Made by a program: the position numbers and the translations under genes. The notes beneath the pieces were generated by a model. It made no database searches. It had not been told where the DNA came from and saw only the letters and a program-made list of their open reading frames with translations. A stretch of DNA of 63,600 nucleotides, counting the filler, from a bacterium (lineage in GTDB: Bacteria > JALSQH01), in assembly GCA_026985515.1 (NCBI GenBank). It is 7 parts of 7 records of this genome, joined end to end, with 100 filler letters (N's around TTAATTAATTAA, not from the genome) between each part and the next. Parts side by side here need not be neighbours in the genome. Positions count along the whole stretch, not along the records: positions 58,846 to 63,600 come from JALSQH010000224.1; 6 more parts are not named here. One strand, 5' to 3'. Positions 63,439 through 63,600 of this stretch are shown one piece after another (the stretch's first letter is position 1; the number at the start of each line of letters is the position of its first letter).

Positions 63439-63600
63439 ATGAAGGTCAGATATGTATTGTGGATATTGATTATTGCTTTTATCCCTGTTTTTCTGGTCCA
63501 CTGCGGGAGTTCATCAGAAGATAAGAATGGTACAGAACTGGTTATAGAGTCAATCACACCGATGAATGATAATGTTGAGACCACTGATGTTGACGTATTT
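63439..63600 (+). CDS. Predicted lipoprotein, 5' part (runs off window)
   Basis: MKVRYVLWILIIAFIPVFLVHCGSSSEDK..., GGGGAG SD, directly after pilQ. Confidence 0.6.
   Translation, partial: MKVRYVLWILIIAFIPVFLVHCGSSSEDKNGTELVIESITPMNDNVETTDVDVF

Overview
A 63.6-kb scaffold window from a moderately AT-rich, probably thermophilic bacterium (it carries reverse gyrase). Gene content looks Deltaproteobacteria/Myxococcota-like, which is inference. Seven contigs are joined by artificial N/TTAATTAATTAA/N spacers. 1-16.6 kb is the canonical core cluster on the minus strand: tRNA-Thr/Tyr/Gly/Thr, tuf, rpmG, tRNA-Trp, secE, nusG, rplKAJL, rpoBC, rpsLG, fusA and the start of a second tuf. The rest includes lipid/acyl metabolism (C45 Ntn-hydrolase lipoprotein, FadH, acyl-CoA dehydrogenase), PelC-like lipoproteins, bioBF, a TPR Ser/Thr kinase converging on an FHA-GAF-cyclase, a polysulfide/thiosulfate reductase operon with a rhodanese, a large secreted BPI/LBP-like protein, reverse gyrase and pilNOPQ. 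The best candidate for an undescribed system is 30.6-35.2 kb: six co-oriented genes with about five roadblock-type domains, including a RomY-like/roadblock fusion and a REC-PATAN(DUF4388)-roadblock regulator, surround a single polypeptide fusing a GNAT acetyltransferase to an intact HDAC-family deacetylase. A paralogous two-gene cassette at 57.5-58.7 kb shares a conserved upstream DNA motif. All family calls are by motif recognition; no database searches were run.
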